DNA of 63,925 bases, the filler included, from Reclinomonas americana ATCC 50394 (lineage: Eukaryota), in assembly GCA_048213135.1 (NCBI GenBank). It is 6 parts of 4 records of this genome, joined end to end, with 100 filler letters (N's around TTAATTAATTAA, not from the genome) between each part and the next. Parts side by side here need not be neighbours in the genome. Positions count along the whole stretch, not along the records: positions 1 to 26,862 come from PS015018.1; 5 more parts are not named here. The stretch is one strand, 5' to 3'. Every line of letters starts with the position of its first letter. Position 1 is the stretch's first letter. A model generated the notes under the pieces. It was given only the letters and a program-made list of their open reading frames with translations. It did no database searches and had not been told where the DNA came from. Positions 1 to 12,104 of the stretch are shown here, piece by piece. The translations under genes were made by a program, and so were the position numbers.

Positions 1-9
1 CACACTCAC

Positions 10-668
10 CAGCAAATGCCCTTTTGCAGGCAGCGACGGCATGGTCGGCCAAAGTCGCACGCCAGACTGCGGGGAGAGAGAGAGAGGAGGGAGACAGAGC
101 GAGGGTAAGCAACGCGGACGGAGTATACCAAAAGCAGCGAGTGGTTGCCACACGTCGGAGTCCAGAGAAAAATAGCCGCTGACGACAGCGAGGAGTGATC
201 ACACACAAACACACCACAGCAGTGCGTGTGTGGGAGTGTGTAGGTGTGTGTAGGCGAGGAGAAAGACAAGACACAAGGGAGTGCAAATTAGTTTTCGCGC
301 CTCACGGAACAACCGTTGCGACAAGGCCCGAGAAGCACAGCAGAGGGACTTCCGATCGGAAAAGAAACAAATCACAACTGCCTCCCGCACACACAGCACC
401 GCCACGCAACTGTGACTTCCGGCAGGCCAAGCACGCACGAGTGACATTCTGTGCAGGAGGAGAGGGGAGGAGGCAGAGAGAGGTGAGCGATGACGCGATT
501 GCAAACTCCTTTTCCGCGCGCGCTCACACACACCTGGCGCCCACGCTTCTGCTTGCGGGCGGCAGCCGCAGCCGCAGCCGCAGCAGCAGCTGCAGCGACT
601 CCGACAGTGACAGGCGGAGCGGAGGACATGGATGGCGATGAGGGTGTTGTTGAGACGGGCGACGACAT
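10..668 (-). CDS. Zn(II)2Cys6 binuclear-cluster transcription factor, N-terminal part (continues beyond window start)
   Basis: Exons 668-534, 448-411 and 66-10 joined at GT-AG introns give MSSPVS...RKQKRGRQ|NVTRACLACRKSH|LACDFGRPCRRCLQKGIC, i.e. Cx2Cx6Cx5Cx2C of a Zn2Cys6 domain. Confidence 0.85.
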
Positions 669-1391
669 GTTATGCGCTCTCAGATAGGGATGACGAAAAA
701 ATTTGTGCTGTTTGATTGACAAATTCGAATGCGCGCGAAATCAAGCAAACGGTCACTTTTCCGAGGTCCGCTTTCTCTGTCTCTCTCCTATGCTCCCCGC
801 CCTCTCGTTGTTGATGCTGGTGATCCAACGGCAGTACACACTGGGTGAGGCAGGCAGTGGGATTTGCCATCTGCAGCAATTGCAATAACACTGTTCCGGA
901 GAAGATGCAGAATGCGCCGTCGCGCTGCGGAAAGGCCTGCGTGTGTGTGTGTGGCGGATGCTCGTCGGGAGTGCGGAGGGAATTCTCCACACACAGAGGC
1001 ACGCGGGTGGTGCGGAGCGCGTGCGTGTGCACGCGTGTGGAGGGGGCATGCGCGCGCGCGCAGAATGGGAAGTAGCCGTTACGGACGCCGCATCTTCCGC
1101 ACGCTGCTATTGCAGTCCGCTGTGAACCGTCCTCTCTCGCACCCCCACATACTCCGCGACTCGTCTTGTTCTGTGCCCCTCACGCTCTCGGGCGAGGCGT
1201 GGCGCAACGATACGAAACACGAAAGAGCCGAACAGCCACTCGGAAGAATCGCCATCGTCCAACACCGAATCGCCACCGCCAGCGCCCGCACGCACACTTG
1301 CGTTGGCATGCTTATACACGTGCCAGCTTGTACCGTGATGGCATTGAAGTACAGTGAATACACGCGCATGCTCACAACAACAACCTCAGAT

Positions 1392-4198
1392 TCATCGTTG
1401 CAGTAGCTGTGGCTCAACTGCCAGCACCGTCTCCGGAACCAGCTGTGACACAAGAGGATGAGAATCACACTTAGTTCACCCACCCCACGACACCTCTCTC
1501 CCGCACCAGCTTCACATCGTTGGCCGTCACCTCCGAGCCGACAATATTCCGGGGTGCAGTCCGATTTCTTCTCCCCTTCTTGTCCTCGTCATCATCGTCG
1601 TCGCTGTCATTGTCGTCATCGCCGCCGGCGTCCTCTTGACCACCGCACTGTCGTGTGATTGTGTAGATGGCCCGCGTCTCATCCAGGGCCTCGGGGGCGC
1701 GGCACTTGAGAGCGATTTCCGACCGCAGCTCGTCCAAGCTGGCGCGCACGAACGCAGTTGGCAAATATCGGAACTCCTCAACTTCCCTTTTCCTCCACTC
1801 ACCCAAAGTCACGCAGCTGCAACGAGCACGGCCGCACGAGGCCGTTCGGCAGCCGTAGGCGGACACGAACGGGGGCCGGATCGCGCCTCAGCCGCTCCTC
1901 GACAACCGCCCGTGCACCACGTGGCATCACGAAGCGCAGGGGTACTGTGTGGCCACTCGGAAGTTGGTGCACCTGACTGCCGTCCAGATTGTCGCCGACG
2001 GCAAGCTGGCTGAAGCAGTCGCCCACCACACGCACCAGCAGACCTGAAATCAAGATCGACATTACTTGATCATGAGCCCAGGGCGGGTGTACACGCGGCA
2101 TAATACAACAACACAGGTGCACACCATGACGTGCTAGCGAGTCCAACTCGCACCACGCCGTCGCCACGTCTGGCAAATGCAGTTTCTCGGCCAACACGGC
2201 CGGATCAATTGATGCCGACTCGGGCGACTCCAAAATCAACGACAGCACCTGACGCCGCAAACCCGGCGCCATTCCACGCTCGCGAGCGGCGGCCGACATG
2301 GCCGCTCGATGCACTCTCTCGTCGCCGTCGTACACGGGTGGGGCATTGATCCTGCCGGTGCCCCAGAGTTCGTGAGGGGGAGAGAGAATGGAGCGAGTGA
2401 GAGCATGCAAGCGATGGCAAACCACACGAATCCGGCACGCTGCACCACACTGGCCATGGAGCCGGCGGCCAACTTGCTCTCGCCAACAGTCCACGTCGCC
2501 GACGAGGAGTTGGTGTTGTTCAGCTCCAAGGCCGCCGTGTCGACAATGAATACCACGCGAGCGACCGGCTCGTCTCGTGTCACCGCCACCGACAGCGAGC
2601 AGATGGCGTCGAGCAGCGAGCGCAGTTCGCGAGCTCGACGACCNNNNNNNNNNNNNNNNNNNNNNNNNNNNNNNNNNNNNNNNNNNNNNNNNNNNNNNNN
2701 NNNNNNNNNNNNNNNNNNNNNNNNNNNNNNNNNNNNNNNNNNNNNNNNNNNNNNNNNNNNNNNNNNNNNNNNNNNNNNNNNNNNNNNNNNNNNNNNNNNN
2801 NNNNNNNNNNNNNNNNNNNNNNNNNNNNNNNNNNNNNNNNNNNNNNNNNNNNNNNNNNNNNNNNNNNNNNNNNNNNNNNNNNNNNNNNNNNNNNNNCCGA
2901 GTCAGGTGCTCCGACCCGGCCGGCTGACCCTCGGGAGTGATCACTCCCGACGATAGCAGCAGCACCTGCAACCCGCCACGTGAGTGGGCGGTGATCGATC
3001 ATGATAGCCTGCCGTCATGCACACCTCGATGTTGTCCCACACCACCAGCGGCAGTTCACCGGTCTTGGCACGAATGGAGCGCAGCGCTTGGTGCATGTGC
3101 CACAGAAACTGGCAGAAGAGCACCTCCGTGGTGTGCTCGTAGTGCCTGCAGTGAAGTGAGAATGCGGCGCGACGTGGGGGAACGAAAATGCAGCAGCGCA
3201 ACGCACTGATTCAAAGTCCACAGATCGACGAATGCGTGTGCCAGCTTGATGTACGCCACCTATCGCATGCAGCAAAAGCAGCAGCAGTCAGTCAGTCAGT
3301 CAGCAATCTACGACCATCTCCCCCACAGGGTCTCTGTGGAGCGCACCAGGAAGCGTCCAAACAGTCCGAGTGGTGCATACAACTGATCGCAGAACGAGTA
3401 GAACAGATCGTGCGTGTTTGTGAAACGCCGTGCGCTGAACACAATGGCACACGGTGCTTTCGCCTGGTCCCCTTTGCTTTCTCCGCCCTGCTTGGCGGGC
3501 ACGCATGCTTCTCGAATGAGGCCTGTTTTCCCACCTGCGTTACGAAGCAACTCTGTTTCGGTACAGGAGGAGGAGGAGGAGAAGGTGAACGACACCAGCA
3601 CGCAACATCCGGGCGCGCCCGTGAGCACCAGCAGTCGCGGGGTCTTGGAGTCCACCGAGAACAGCAACTGCCGCAGCGGTTTCACCAAATGCGACTGCAG
3701 CGATGTGCTGTCCTCGAGCTCCACAGCCGTCTGCTGCGCCGAGGCTGATGTCGATGCTGCAGGCGACAGTGAGCTTCGATGGTAGTGTGCGTGCACACAA
3801 CGGTGCGAGTGCACACCTCTCAGCAGTGCCTGCTCGCACAGCCAAGGAAGGAGAAGACCGTCGACCTGTGACATGCCGACAATCTCACATCATCATCATC
3901 ATGACCGGAAAAACAGAACACACCAGCACACACACCAGTGGAAACGAGGCCGCACTGATCGTCAGCCCACCAAGCAGCACCTGTCAAGACGAGACCACAC
4001 AGCGCACATACGCGAAGGTGAGAGTGTTGTGACAGTGCATCTGGACACAAGGAGGAATGATTGCGCAACAACTGCACCCACACCGACTGTGGTGAGCACT
4101 GGTCTTCGCCACGATCCGCGCACGGCAGCGCCCAGAACAGCACCACTTGCACCACCGATCGCCGAGGCGACGGTGTTGCGTAATCGCGACACGAACAT
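1392..4198 (-). CDS. Multi-exon P-loop NTPase (AAA/ATPase-like) with a possible mitochondrial presequence; interrupted by a gap at 2644-2896
   Basis: Removing the intron whose donor is at 3606 gives Walker A LLVLTGAPGC|GKT; Walker B-like LPLVVWDNIE near 3030-3060; N-terminus MFVSRLRNTVASAIGG is Arg/Ser-rich and lacks acidic residues. Continuity across the gap is assumed. Confidence 0.6.
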
Positions 4199-4326
4199 GA
4201 CGACGAGCGGACGACATTTAACAGGACTGACAACTCAACGTCTACTCCCGTTTGTGGCAGCAGCAACAACTCGCTGTAAAACGCGATCCGACGTTTCACT
4301 TCACCATCCACCCTCCTCCGTTGTTA

Positions 4327-6340
4327 TTATCTCCGCGGTGGGCTCTGCAACTCGTGGAACTCGCGAATGAGTGGCGAAATCCACTGATCGGCGCCTGGTG
4401 CAGCCGCTGCGGCAGCCGCTGCTGCTGCTGCTGCCGGCGACGCCGACACGGTGAGCACCGGTTGTGCGGCCATTGGTGAATCGGTGGCCAGGGCGATGGC
4501 ATACTGCAGGCACTCGTTCCACTCCTCACGCGACAGGCGCCGCGTGGGATCAGCGTGCTCCTTCTCCTCCAGGAGCCGCTTCCACATGCCGATGCCCGGG
4601 AAGAGAGTCGGCGGGAAGAAGCACTGCTCGTGTGCAGCGGCGGCGACGCTCGGCAACATGCCGTCTGCATTTTCACACAGAATATCGAAAGCCAGCCGAT
4701 ACACGTCGGCATAATCCGGGCTCAGCAGCAGTTCTGCCATGAGCTGCAATCAACATCGCGAGTGAGATACCTTCTCTCTCGATCAGTTGTCATGAGAGCA
4801 CGCACCAAGTCTGGAGGCACATCCATGCCAACAGCAGCCTGCTGCGCCAGCAGCACGTCCGACAACAGGCGCTCCACAGTCTGCAACCGCTCACGGAGCT
4901 CGGCAGAAACGGGGGAAGGCGGAGGCGGCGGCAGTGCACCGGGTGGTGTCGACTCGAGGCGCGGAACAGACGTCAAGTCGAGCGAGGCCAGCAGGCGAGC
5001 CAGCTCGATGACATGGTCGCGACCGCGTTCTCCATTCTCTGCACGCATGCCGAGAAGAAAAAAGAGTGAGAACTCATGGTGGCGCGTTCACATGCTGTGC
5101 GTTCTGTTTTTGCTGCGCACCGAGGTTGTCGAGCCAGCGTGCCGGGATCCAGTGATACCCGTGCAGTGCACCGAGGAGCGCACCGCACATGCACGCAATC
5201 GTGTCTGCGTCACCGCCGAGACTCACGCACCGAATGAGGCACTCCTCGGGCGTCGCCCAGTGGCGCAAAAACATCCACAGTGCACACGACACGGCCTCGG
5301 CCGTGCGAATCTGAAACTCCGAGCCAAGAATGCCATACACCTCCTCGTCCGCCATGCTCGCCTCATCGCCCTGCTCCAGCAACACCTCTATGGTATCCAG
5401 TCGGCCACAGAGCGCCTCCGTCTCCGCGCCCTGCCGCAGACGCGAGAAGAACGAGATCGGGGAGAACTCGAAAGCGTGCTCGCCAAACAGCATGACCAGA
5501 GCACGGCAGAGAATGTAGGCACCGTCCACGGCTGAATGAGACGAGGGTGAGAAAAGGAACCAGGCGATGCACAAAGACAAGAGGTACACACAAGAGACCT
5601 TCGGGATGCACGTGTGAGAATAGCAGCGCCTGGCGGACAGCCTCACGGAGAACGCGAAACGACGTGTTGCGGAAGGCAATGGCCACAGGAGCGATCCGCA
5701 TGGCGCCGCCATTGGCCCACGACCCGTCAGCGAAGATCTTGGTGCCCTGCAGTGATGATGGTTATGTAAGGCCGCCGGTGCTGCTGCTCACACTCGGCAA
5801 GAGACTCACCGTCTCCGTGGCCGGCACACCGTCACGAATCAGCTGCATCAGTGCCATCATGCTGCTCGGGCAGCCACGCACAGGCTCCAGCGCCCCAAAG
5901 CGCGCGTGCTCCTCCGCCACGTCTTGCACATCCAGCTCACGCCGCTTCACCAAGCTGGTGGCGAGAGCAAGAGTCGCATTTGTGTCGTCTGTGTACATGC
6001 CTGCGTGCCACGAAGAGAGAGGAGACGTGAGCAGAGAGGGGACAGTGGGGAGAGGGCCCTCCCACCCACCAAATCTCTCGGGCAAATCCGGCAATCCCAT
6101 GTGCTTGCAAGGCACAAAGTCGCGCACTCCGTCGGGGAACCGACGAGCGATGGCCTGTGCAGATTCACCCTCCACGGCGGCACCCAGCACATCGCCGACC
6201 TTGTTTGAGAGGAGGCAAGGAAAAAACAGCGTCAGACAACACGCTGAGTGTGAGTGTGTGCTTGCTGTGCAGTGAGTCACCATGACGCCGAGGAGAACGC
6301 CGACGGCGCGATTCTCAAAGCCGAGTCCGCTGGACGCCAT
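4327..6340 (-). CDS. ADP-ribosylglycohydrolase (ARH/DraG family) with a C-terminal DCN1-like cullin-binding domain
   Basis: 7 exons; motifs GVMVGDVLGAAVEG, GMYTDDT, GSWANGGAMRIAP, SHVHPEAVDGA and GGDADTIACMCGALLGA are diagnostic of the ARH family; splice phases are consistent. Confidence 0.92.
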
Positions 6341-6470
6341 CGCGGGAGAGTCGACAACAACGAAGTGCGTGCAATTGCGGCTTTGTGGGACCGACTGTCG
6401 TGCATGACACGTGACTTCACAAACTATACAATGTCTCGCCGTTGGAGCATTGCCTCCACAATGAGCAGCC

Positions 6471-8706
6471 TTATCTCTCGTCAATGTCGCTGCTGACGGC
6501 CTCCGCCAGCGGAAATCTCGCCAGAAGGCTCTCAGCCGTTGCTCGGGAGACCACACGATGCACGCAGATACTCTCGTCGGTGACCGGCTCGGCAAAGTAG
6601 CCACGCATGTGGGTGCTGTCGTCGTGAAAGCGAATGTCGGGCACAAAGTGCACCGGCACGTCGGCGGCAGCCAGCCACCACGCAAATGCACAGTCGTCGA
6701 TCCCAAAGTACTCGGCCGTCGGCAGCGGTGCGTCGCGAACCCATTGCACCAAGTCGAACGACATGATCATCGTGAAACCGATGGTGAAGTCGTAGATCAT
6801 CTGGTTGCGGTAGGCGGTGTGGCCGGGACCCCACAGCAGACGCTCCCGCGGTAGGTGCGAGAGCTCCCGCTCGAGTTCCACTGTGCGCAGGAAAATGTCA
6901 CCGTCACTCTTGCTGACGTAGCGCACGGTGGTGTTGGCGTAGTAGTCGGCGGCGGCCACCAGCCAGTCGCGCATCTTGCCGTCGGCCACATTCTCGCGAA
7001 TGTCCAAGAAGAACAGATCGCCATGAGCAGCACCCTCCTCACGCAGCAGCGGCTCGGCGGCACATCGATTGGGTCGACCCAACAGGAAGACCACCTGTAC
7101 GGTGCCGTCGGGATTGTTTTGCGAGTGGTACACGTTGGGGTACCGCATCCAGGTCGAGCGAGCGACATCGCGACTCTCGCGCGCTGTGTCCATGGAGAAC
7201 ACTCCGATCACAATGTGCACGCGGCGACCGAGTGGTGGTCGCGGTTGCTGGCGCACAAACTGCGACCCACACAGCTCACACTCGGGAGGTTGCGTTGGCT
7301 CGTCACGAGTCTTGTCCTCGATGATCTTGCACGGTGTTGGTGTGACACGGCGGACGCGCTGCTCCTCGTCAGAGGAGCGATACGAAGCACGCGGCGGGTC
7401 CTCCGCTTTGAATGGAAACCACTCGGTGCGTGGAGAGAGTGGCAACGGAGGGTGAATTCGGTTGGCCAGCGAGGCGGAGGGATTCGGAAGTGGCGGCTGT
7501 GGAGAAAACAGAAGATGAGTACCTGCTATGTGAACAAGAGAACGGCTTCTCTGTGCACGAACCACGAAGTGTGAAGCAAATTCCTGCGTGGGGTGCACAA
7601 ATGAGTGTGGTGTCACAATGGCCAACCCCTCGTTCCCACTCACCGCCGGATGCTCAGCAATGTACTTGGCCACACTGTTCACATCGGCGATGATCTCCTC
7701 CCTTGCATCGTGCAGCAGGACGTACTCGAAGCGAATACTCGGCTTTGCAATGTTGGGTGCTGCTCACAACATTCAGTGCCAGCGCTGGTGCAGACGCGAC
7801 ACTCCCAAGAGCAACTCACCAAAGCGGTACACCCACGAGCACCCGGGCATCACCGTAAAGTACAAGATCTTAATGCTCGAGTGGACGTGGCCGACAATCG
7901 CCAGCGACGAAGTGAGAAAGCCGACCATGAATCCCTTGCGCAGGTGCTCCATGCCAGCAGGAGCGACTGTCGGCTGCAGCACGTGGCATGAGTGCACACA
8001 CTGCACGAAAAAAAAGAGCAACTCCACCAAACCTCTGGCATATTGTGTTTCAGCTGCAGCCGCAGGGCCAGCTCCATGGCCGGCACGTATTCCTCCTCCA
8101 GATGCTGCTCGTGAGCGAACCGCTTGGCTGGCAATGTGTCAGCAACACGAAACGACTTTGATGACCAGCAACGTGCTGGCGACTCACCGACTGCGGCACA
8201 ATCGCTTCCATCGCGAGCCACTCGCAGCACGTGTACACGGCCAGCCACCAACAGCCCGACTTTCCTCCTCTGGCAGTGTGCAGACAAATGGTTGAGTGAA
8301 ACCAAAATGAAAGCAAGATCGCGATGCAACTTACCGGAGGTGCGTAGAGACCCATTGTGCGCAGTGTGTCGCGCGCAGCCGTCACCAGCTCCTCTGTCAC
8401 ATCATCACCAATGCCGCGACTGCGAATGTGTTCGCGGACTGCACACACAGAGAGTGAGAAGAGAGAAAAACAGATCGATTTCTCTCTCACGTGAGACACA
8501 CCAGCAGCTCGCACAGACGTGTGCGTGCCAAACATGAGCGACTGTGAGGTGCTTTCGTGCTTCAGTGTGTACTGCATGCCATCGATTTTTGCCTCGCGCG
8601 CCAATGCCAGCTCGTCATCGTCCTCTTTCTCCTCCGTCACCACGCTTTCGGAGAGCAGAAGCACCGCCGCCACAACAACGAGCAGCAACGCGACGCGGCG
8701 GTGCAT
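6471..8706 (-). CDS. GT31-family (beta-1,3-galactosyltransferase-like) glycosyltransferase with signal/anchor and long N-terminal stem
   Basis: RDVARSTW, VVFLLGRP, LREEGAAHGDLFFLDIREN, YVSKSDGDIF (DxD), GFTMIMSFDLVQW and FHD...ICVH; hydrophobic N-terminus MHRRVALLLVVVAAVLLL. Joining of the upstream exons is less certain. Confidence 0.8.
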
Positions 8707-9327
8707 CGCCGGGCCCACTTGAAGGAAGTGGAGTAGATTATCGATGAACCGACGACGACGCACTTCGCAGCGATCACTGCATGCATGCTGCCACTTGTGC
8801 AGTCACTTTGGAGGTGGCTGCTGGAGCGACTATCACGACTGTGGCGATGGCTCCTGTGGAAGTCGGGAAGCAGGACAGAGAGAGCAGCGGAGAGCGCGTC
8901 GACGCAGAGTGTGCGCACGGTGTCGGCGTTGGAGATGCAGGTGTGTGTGCACCAAGTGAGACAGAGTGGCATTGCGTGCTCATTGTGTGAGTCTGTGCAG
9001 GCGCTGGAGTGGTCCACCTCGGCAGTGGCGACTGTCGTCGACTCGGACATTATCACGCTCGAGGAACCAGAGGAGGAGGAGGAGGAGGAGCCTGAGTCGT
9101 CGACCGCAGTGGCGCTGGCACCGCAGCCGACAATGGGTTTGTGATGCGGGCAAGTTGTTGCAGCAGTCTGGTGTTGTGACCGCGCGTTGCAGGTGCGTCG
9201 AGGTACAGTGCGATCCGCATCAAGAAGAACTTTACGCTGCAGACGGCGNNNNNNNNNNNNNNNNNNNNTGTAGGTTCTTTTGTGGGTGGTTGCTCTTTTT
9301 TGTTTTCCTGTTTGTTGTGTGATTGTG

Positions 9328-9778
9328 GTTAGAACTTGAGGTTTTTTGTTGCTTTTCTTTTTTGCTTAATGGGTGGTTGGTTGGTTTGTTGGTGTGGTTG
9401 CTTGCACTGTGTCTCAGAGACAGCATGAGGCACAGTGAAGCCAATTGGTGTGCGCGCGTATGTGGGGAGTGCAGATATGTTCGACTACCGCAGCGTACAT
9501 TAGGATTGTGTCACCTGCGGCCTGCCAGCCGCCTCTGTGCGCACCGTGATAAACACCAGAATCGCGCTCTTGACCAGCATGAACTCGTGCCGCGAGAAGA
9601 AGCGCTCGAGAAACGGAATGACTGCACAAACACTCATGAGCACCCTCCCGACAACTGTGGCACAGACCCTTCCTTGCACCGAGACGCAACATGACAACGG
9701 CGACCTCCGCACCCGCCGCAACTCGGTGGCCAGCGCAAACGATCCCGCATACGACGGCACATTCTCCTTCAACAGCAT
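9328..9778 (-). CDS. 3' fragment of an unidentified spliced gene (not SAM synthetase)
   Basis: Exons read ..LLKENVPSYAGSFALATELRRVRRSPLS|FIPFLERFFSRHEFMLVKSAILVFIT|..; GT-AG introns keep the frame; no family recognised. Confidence 0.4.
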
Positions 9779-10532
9779 NNNNNNNNNNNNNNNNNNNNNN
9801 NNNNNNNNNNNNNNNNNNNNNNNNNNNNNNNNNNNNNNNNNNNNNNNNNNNNNNNNNNNNNNNNNNNNNNNNNNNNNNNNNNNNNNNNNNNNNNNNNNNN
9901 NNNNNNNNNNNNNNNNNNNNNNNNNNNNNNNNNNNNNNNNNNNNNNNNNNNNNNNNNNNNNNNNNNNNNNNNNNNNNNNNNNNNNNNNNNNNNNNNNNNN
10001 NNNNNNNNNNNNNNNNNNNNNNNNNNNNNNNNNNNNNNNNNNNNNNNNNNNNNNNNNNNNNNNNNNNNNNNNNNNNNNNNNNNNNNNNNNNNNNNNNNNN
10101 NNNNNNNNNNNNNNNNNNNNNNNNNNNNNNNNNNNNNNNNNNNNNNNNNNNNNNNNNNNNNNNNNNNNNNNNNNNNNNNNNNNNNNNNNNNNNNNNNNNN
10201 NNNNNNNNNNNNNNNNNNNNNNNNNNNNNNNNNNNNNNNNNNNNNNNNNNNNNNNNNNNNNNNNNNNNNNNNNNNNNNNNNNNNNNNNNNNNNNNNNNNN
10301 NNNNNNNNNNNNNNNNNNNNNNNNNNNNNNNNNNNNNNNNNNNNNNNNNNNNNNNNNNNNNNNNNNNNNNNNNNNNNNNNNNNNNNNNNNNNNNNNNNNN
10401 NNNNNNNNNNNNNNNNNNNNNNNNNNNNNNNNNNNNNNNNNNNNNNNNNNNNNNNNNNNNNNNNNNNNNNGCTCACTTGCCTGAGAAAAACAGACGAATC
10501 CTTTGCTCTTATGGCGTTCTCCGTCCACCAAC

Positions 10533-11637
10533 CTGATCGCCGGCGCCGGTCTCCTCCAGCGACTTGTTGACGTGCACGGCCTCGGCAATCTCGCGCGACT
10601 GCTGCTCCACCGCCACCAGCACGTTGCACGACTTGTAGTCGAAGCCCTTGGCGCCGTCATCGTAGCCAATGTCGCGGATGGCACCACGCACCACCTCCTG
10701 CCAGTCCAAGTGGCCGGCGAAGCTGATCTGCGCGCGCGCGTGTAAGAACAGTCGCTCCGACTGCTGCAGTGGGGTGGAAACGCACCTCGCCGAACACCAG
10801 GATCATGCTGGACAGAGGGGAACAAAAGGGTTACGTGAGCAACACAGCTGCGCAAGTGCATGTCTACGTACGTGGCACGCACCCAGTCTTGGAGGCCGAC
10901 TCTGTGTGCGGAAGATCATGCAAAAGCTCCACCAATTGAGCAATCACGATTGTGTAAAGGCGGGGCAATTGCGCGAGAAACATACGAACCGCAAGCCACG
11001 CGGCCAAAGGGATCTTGCGTCAGCACAGCGTCGAGCACGGCGTCGGAAACCTGTCACAAAGGGCGCGTGTGAGAGGGAGTGCGACATGGCCCGAAATGTG
11101 CAAACACTCAGCGAGGAAGAGGAGGAAGAGCACGCGCCGGAGTGCGGGCGACCAGTGCACAAGGCATGCATGTAGGCGATAGGGTGGTGGGAGGGAGTGG
11201 GCGGAGAGGGGCGGAGCGTGGGAGAGGCAAAAGGTGCGGAAAGCGATGTGCATGCACATCGCCCCCTCACGACACGCAGACGGGGCCGGCACGACACGAC
11301 ACGTGCATTTGAGGCGACAGCAAGAGGGAAGGAGACAGAGAGGAGGAAGGAGAGAGAGAGGCGACAGCATATGTGTCAACAAACCTGATCGCAAAGCTTG
11401 TCTGCAGCAGTTGGTAGCACGCGCGCGGAATATCAGTTGACACTGTGACACACAACCACAAACACACGACAAACACGGAGCTTACCAGGGTGGCCCTCAG
11501 AGACCGCTGCGTGTGTGCGCGGAGAGAGACGGTAAGCTCAATGAGGCGAAAAACCAAACTGCAAGACAAGGAAAGAATGAAGAGAAGACGCAACACTCTG
11601 AGGTGAAGAGGAACTTGCGGTTGGTCGAAGTAGCCAT
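10533..11637 (-). CDS. MAT: S-adenosylmethionine synthetase (methionine adenosyltransferase), 5' part; remainder lost in gap
   Basis: Spliced: MATSTNRKFLFTSES|VSEGHPD|KLCDQ|VSDAVLDAVLTQDPFGRVACE|SASKTG|MILVFGE|ISFAGHLDWQEVVRGAIRDIGYDDGAKGFDYKSCNVLVAVEQQSREIA...GAGDQ; contains GHPDK and GAGDQ signatures. Confidence 0.97.
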
Positions 11638-12104
11638 GGGATAACAAAGCGGGTGTGTGTGCGCGCGCGCGGGGAGACACAGAGGGTAGTGAGAAGTTTT
11701 CGCGGACAATCGGGCGCGCGAGTCACTCTCTTCTGTCCCAACGACGAACCACACAACGAAGCATCTGTGAGAGAGTGAGAGAGCGTGTTCTTGCGACAGA
11801 AAGACCGAGTGTTCATCTGTGCAAGTGTGGATCTGTGTTCTGTGAGGAGCAGTGTGTGACCACAGCGGAAAGAGATATCGATAATGGCTGAGGTGAGGAC
11901 ACACACACTGTGCACATGTAGCTTGGTGCATGTGTCACTGTACGCGCACTTGTGTGTGCGTGTGTGTGCGTGTGTGTGTGTGCGTGTGCGTGTGTGCGTT
12001 TCTTGTTGATTTCGATCATCTTCTGTTTCAACATCGGACATTTTTTCTCATGCCCTCTCTGCTCATCTCAGCGACCGTCGGCTCGTCGAGTTCCTCGTGC
12101 GCGG

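Noticed and set aside
405-410. Reading GTTGCG donors as non-canonical G|TT-AG introns
   Set aside because: Moving the G into the exon frameshifts conserved motifs (Zn2Cys6, MAT, Walker A), so cleavage must be before GT
750-1370. Probable small spliced gene on the minus strand
   Set aside because: Splice-like sites are present but I could not fix the frame or recognise a family
2931-2950. Perfect 20-bp palindrome TCGGGAGTGATCACTCCCGA
   Set aside because: Lies in an apparent coding exon next to a gap, is single-copy and has no supporting context; may be chance
11720-11850. Cluster of ACAGA motifs upstream of MAT (minus strand) as METTL16 sites
   Set aside because: None matches UACAGARAA, no clear hairpins, and CACAG is common in this CA-rich DNA
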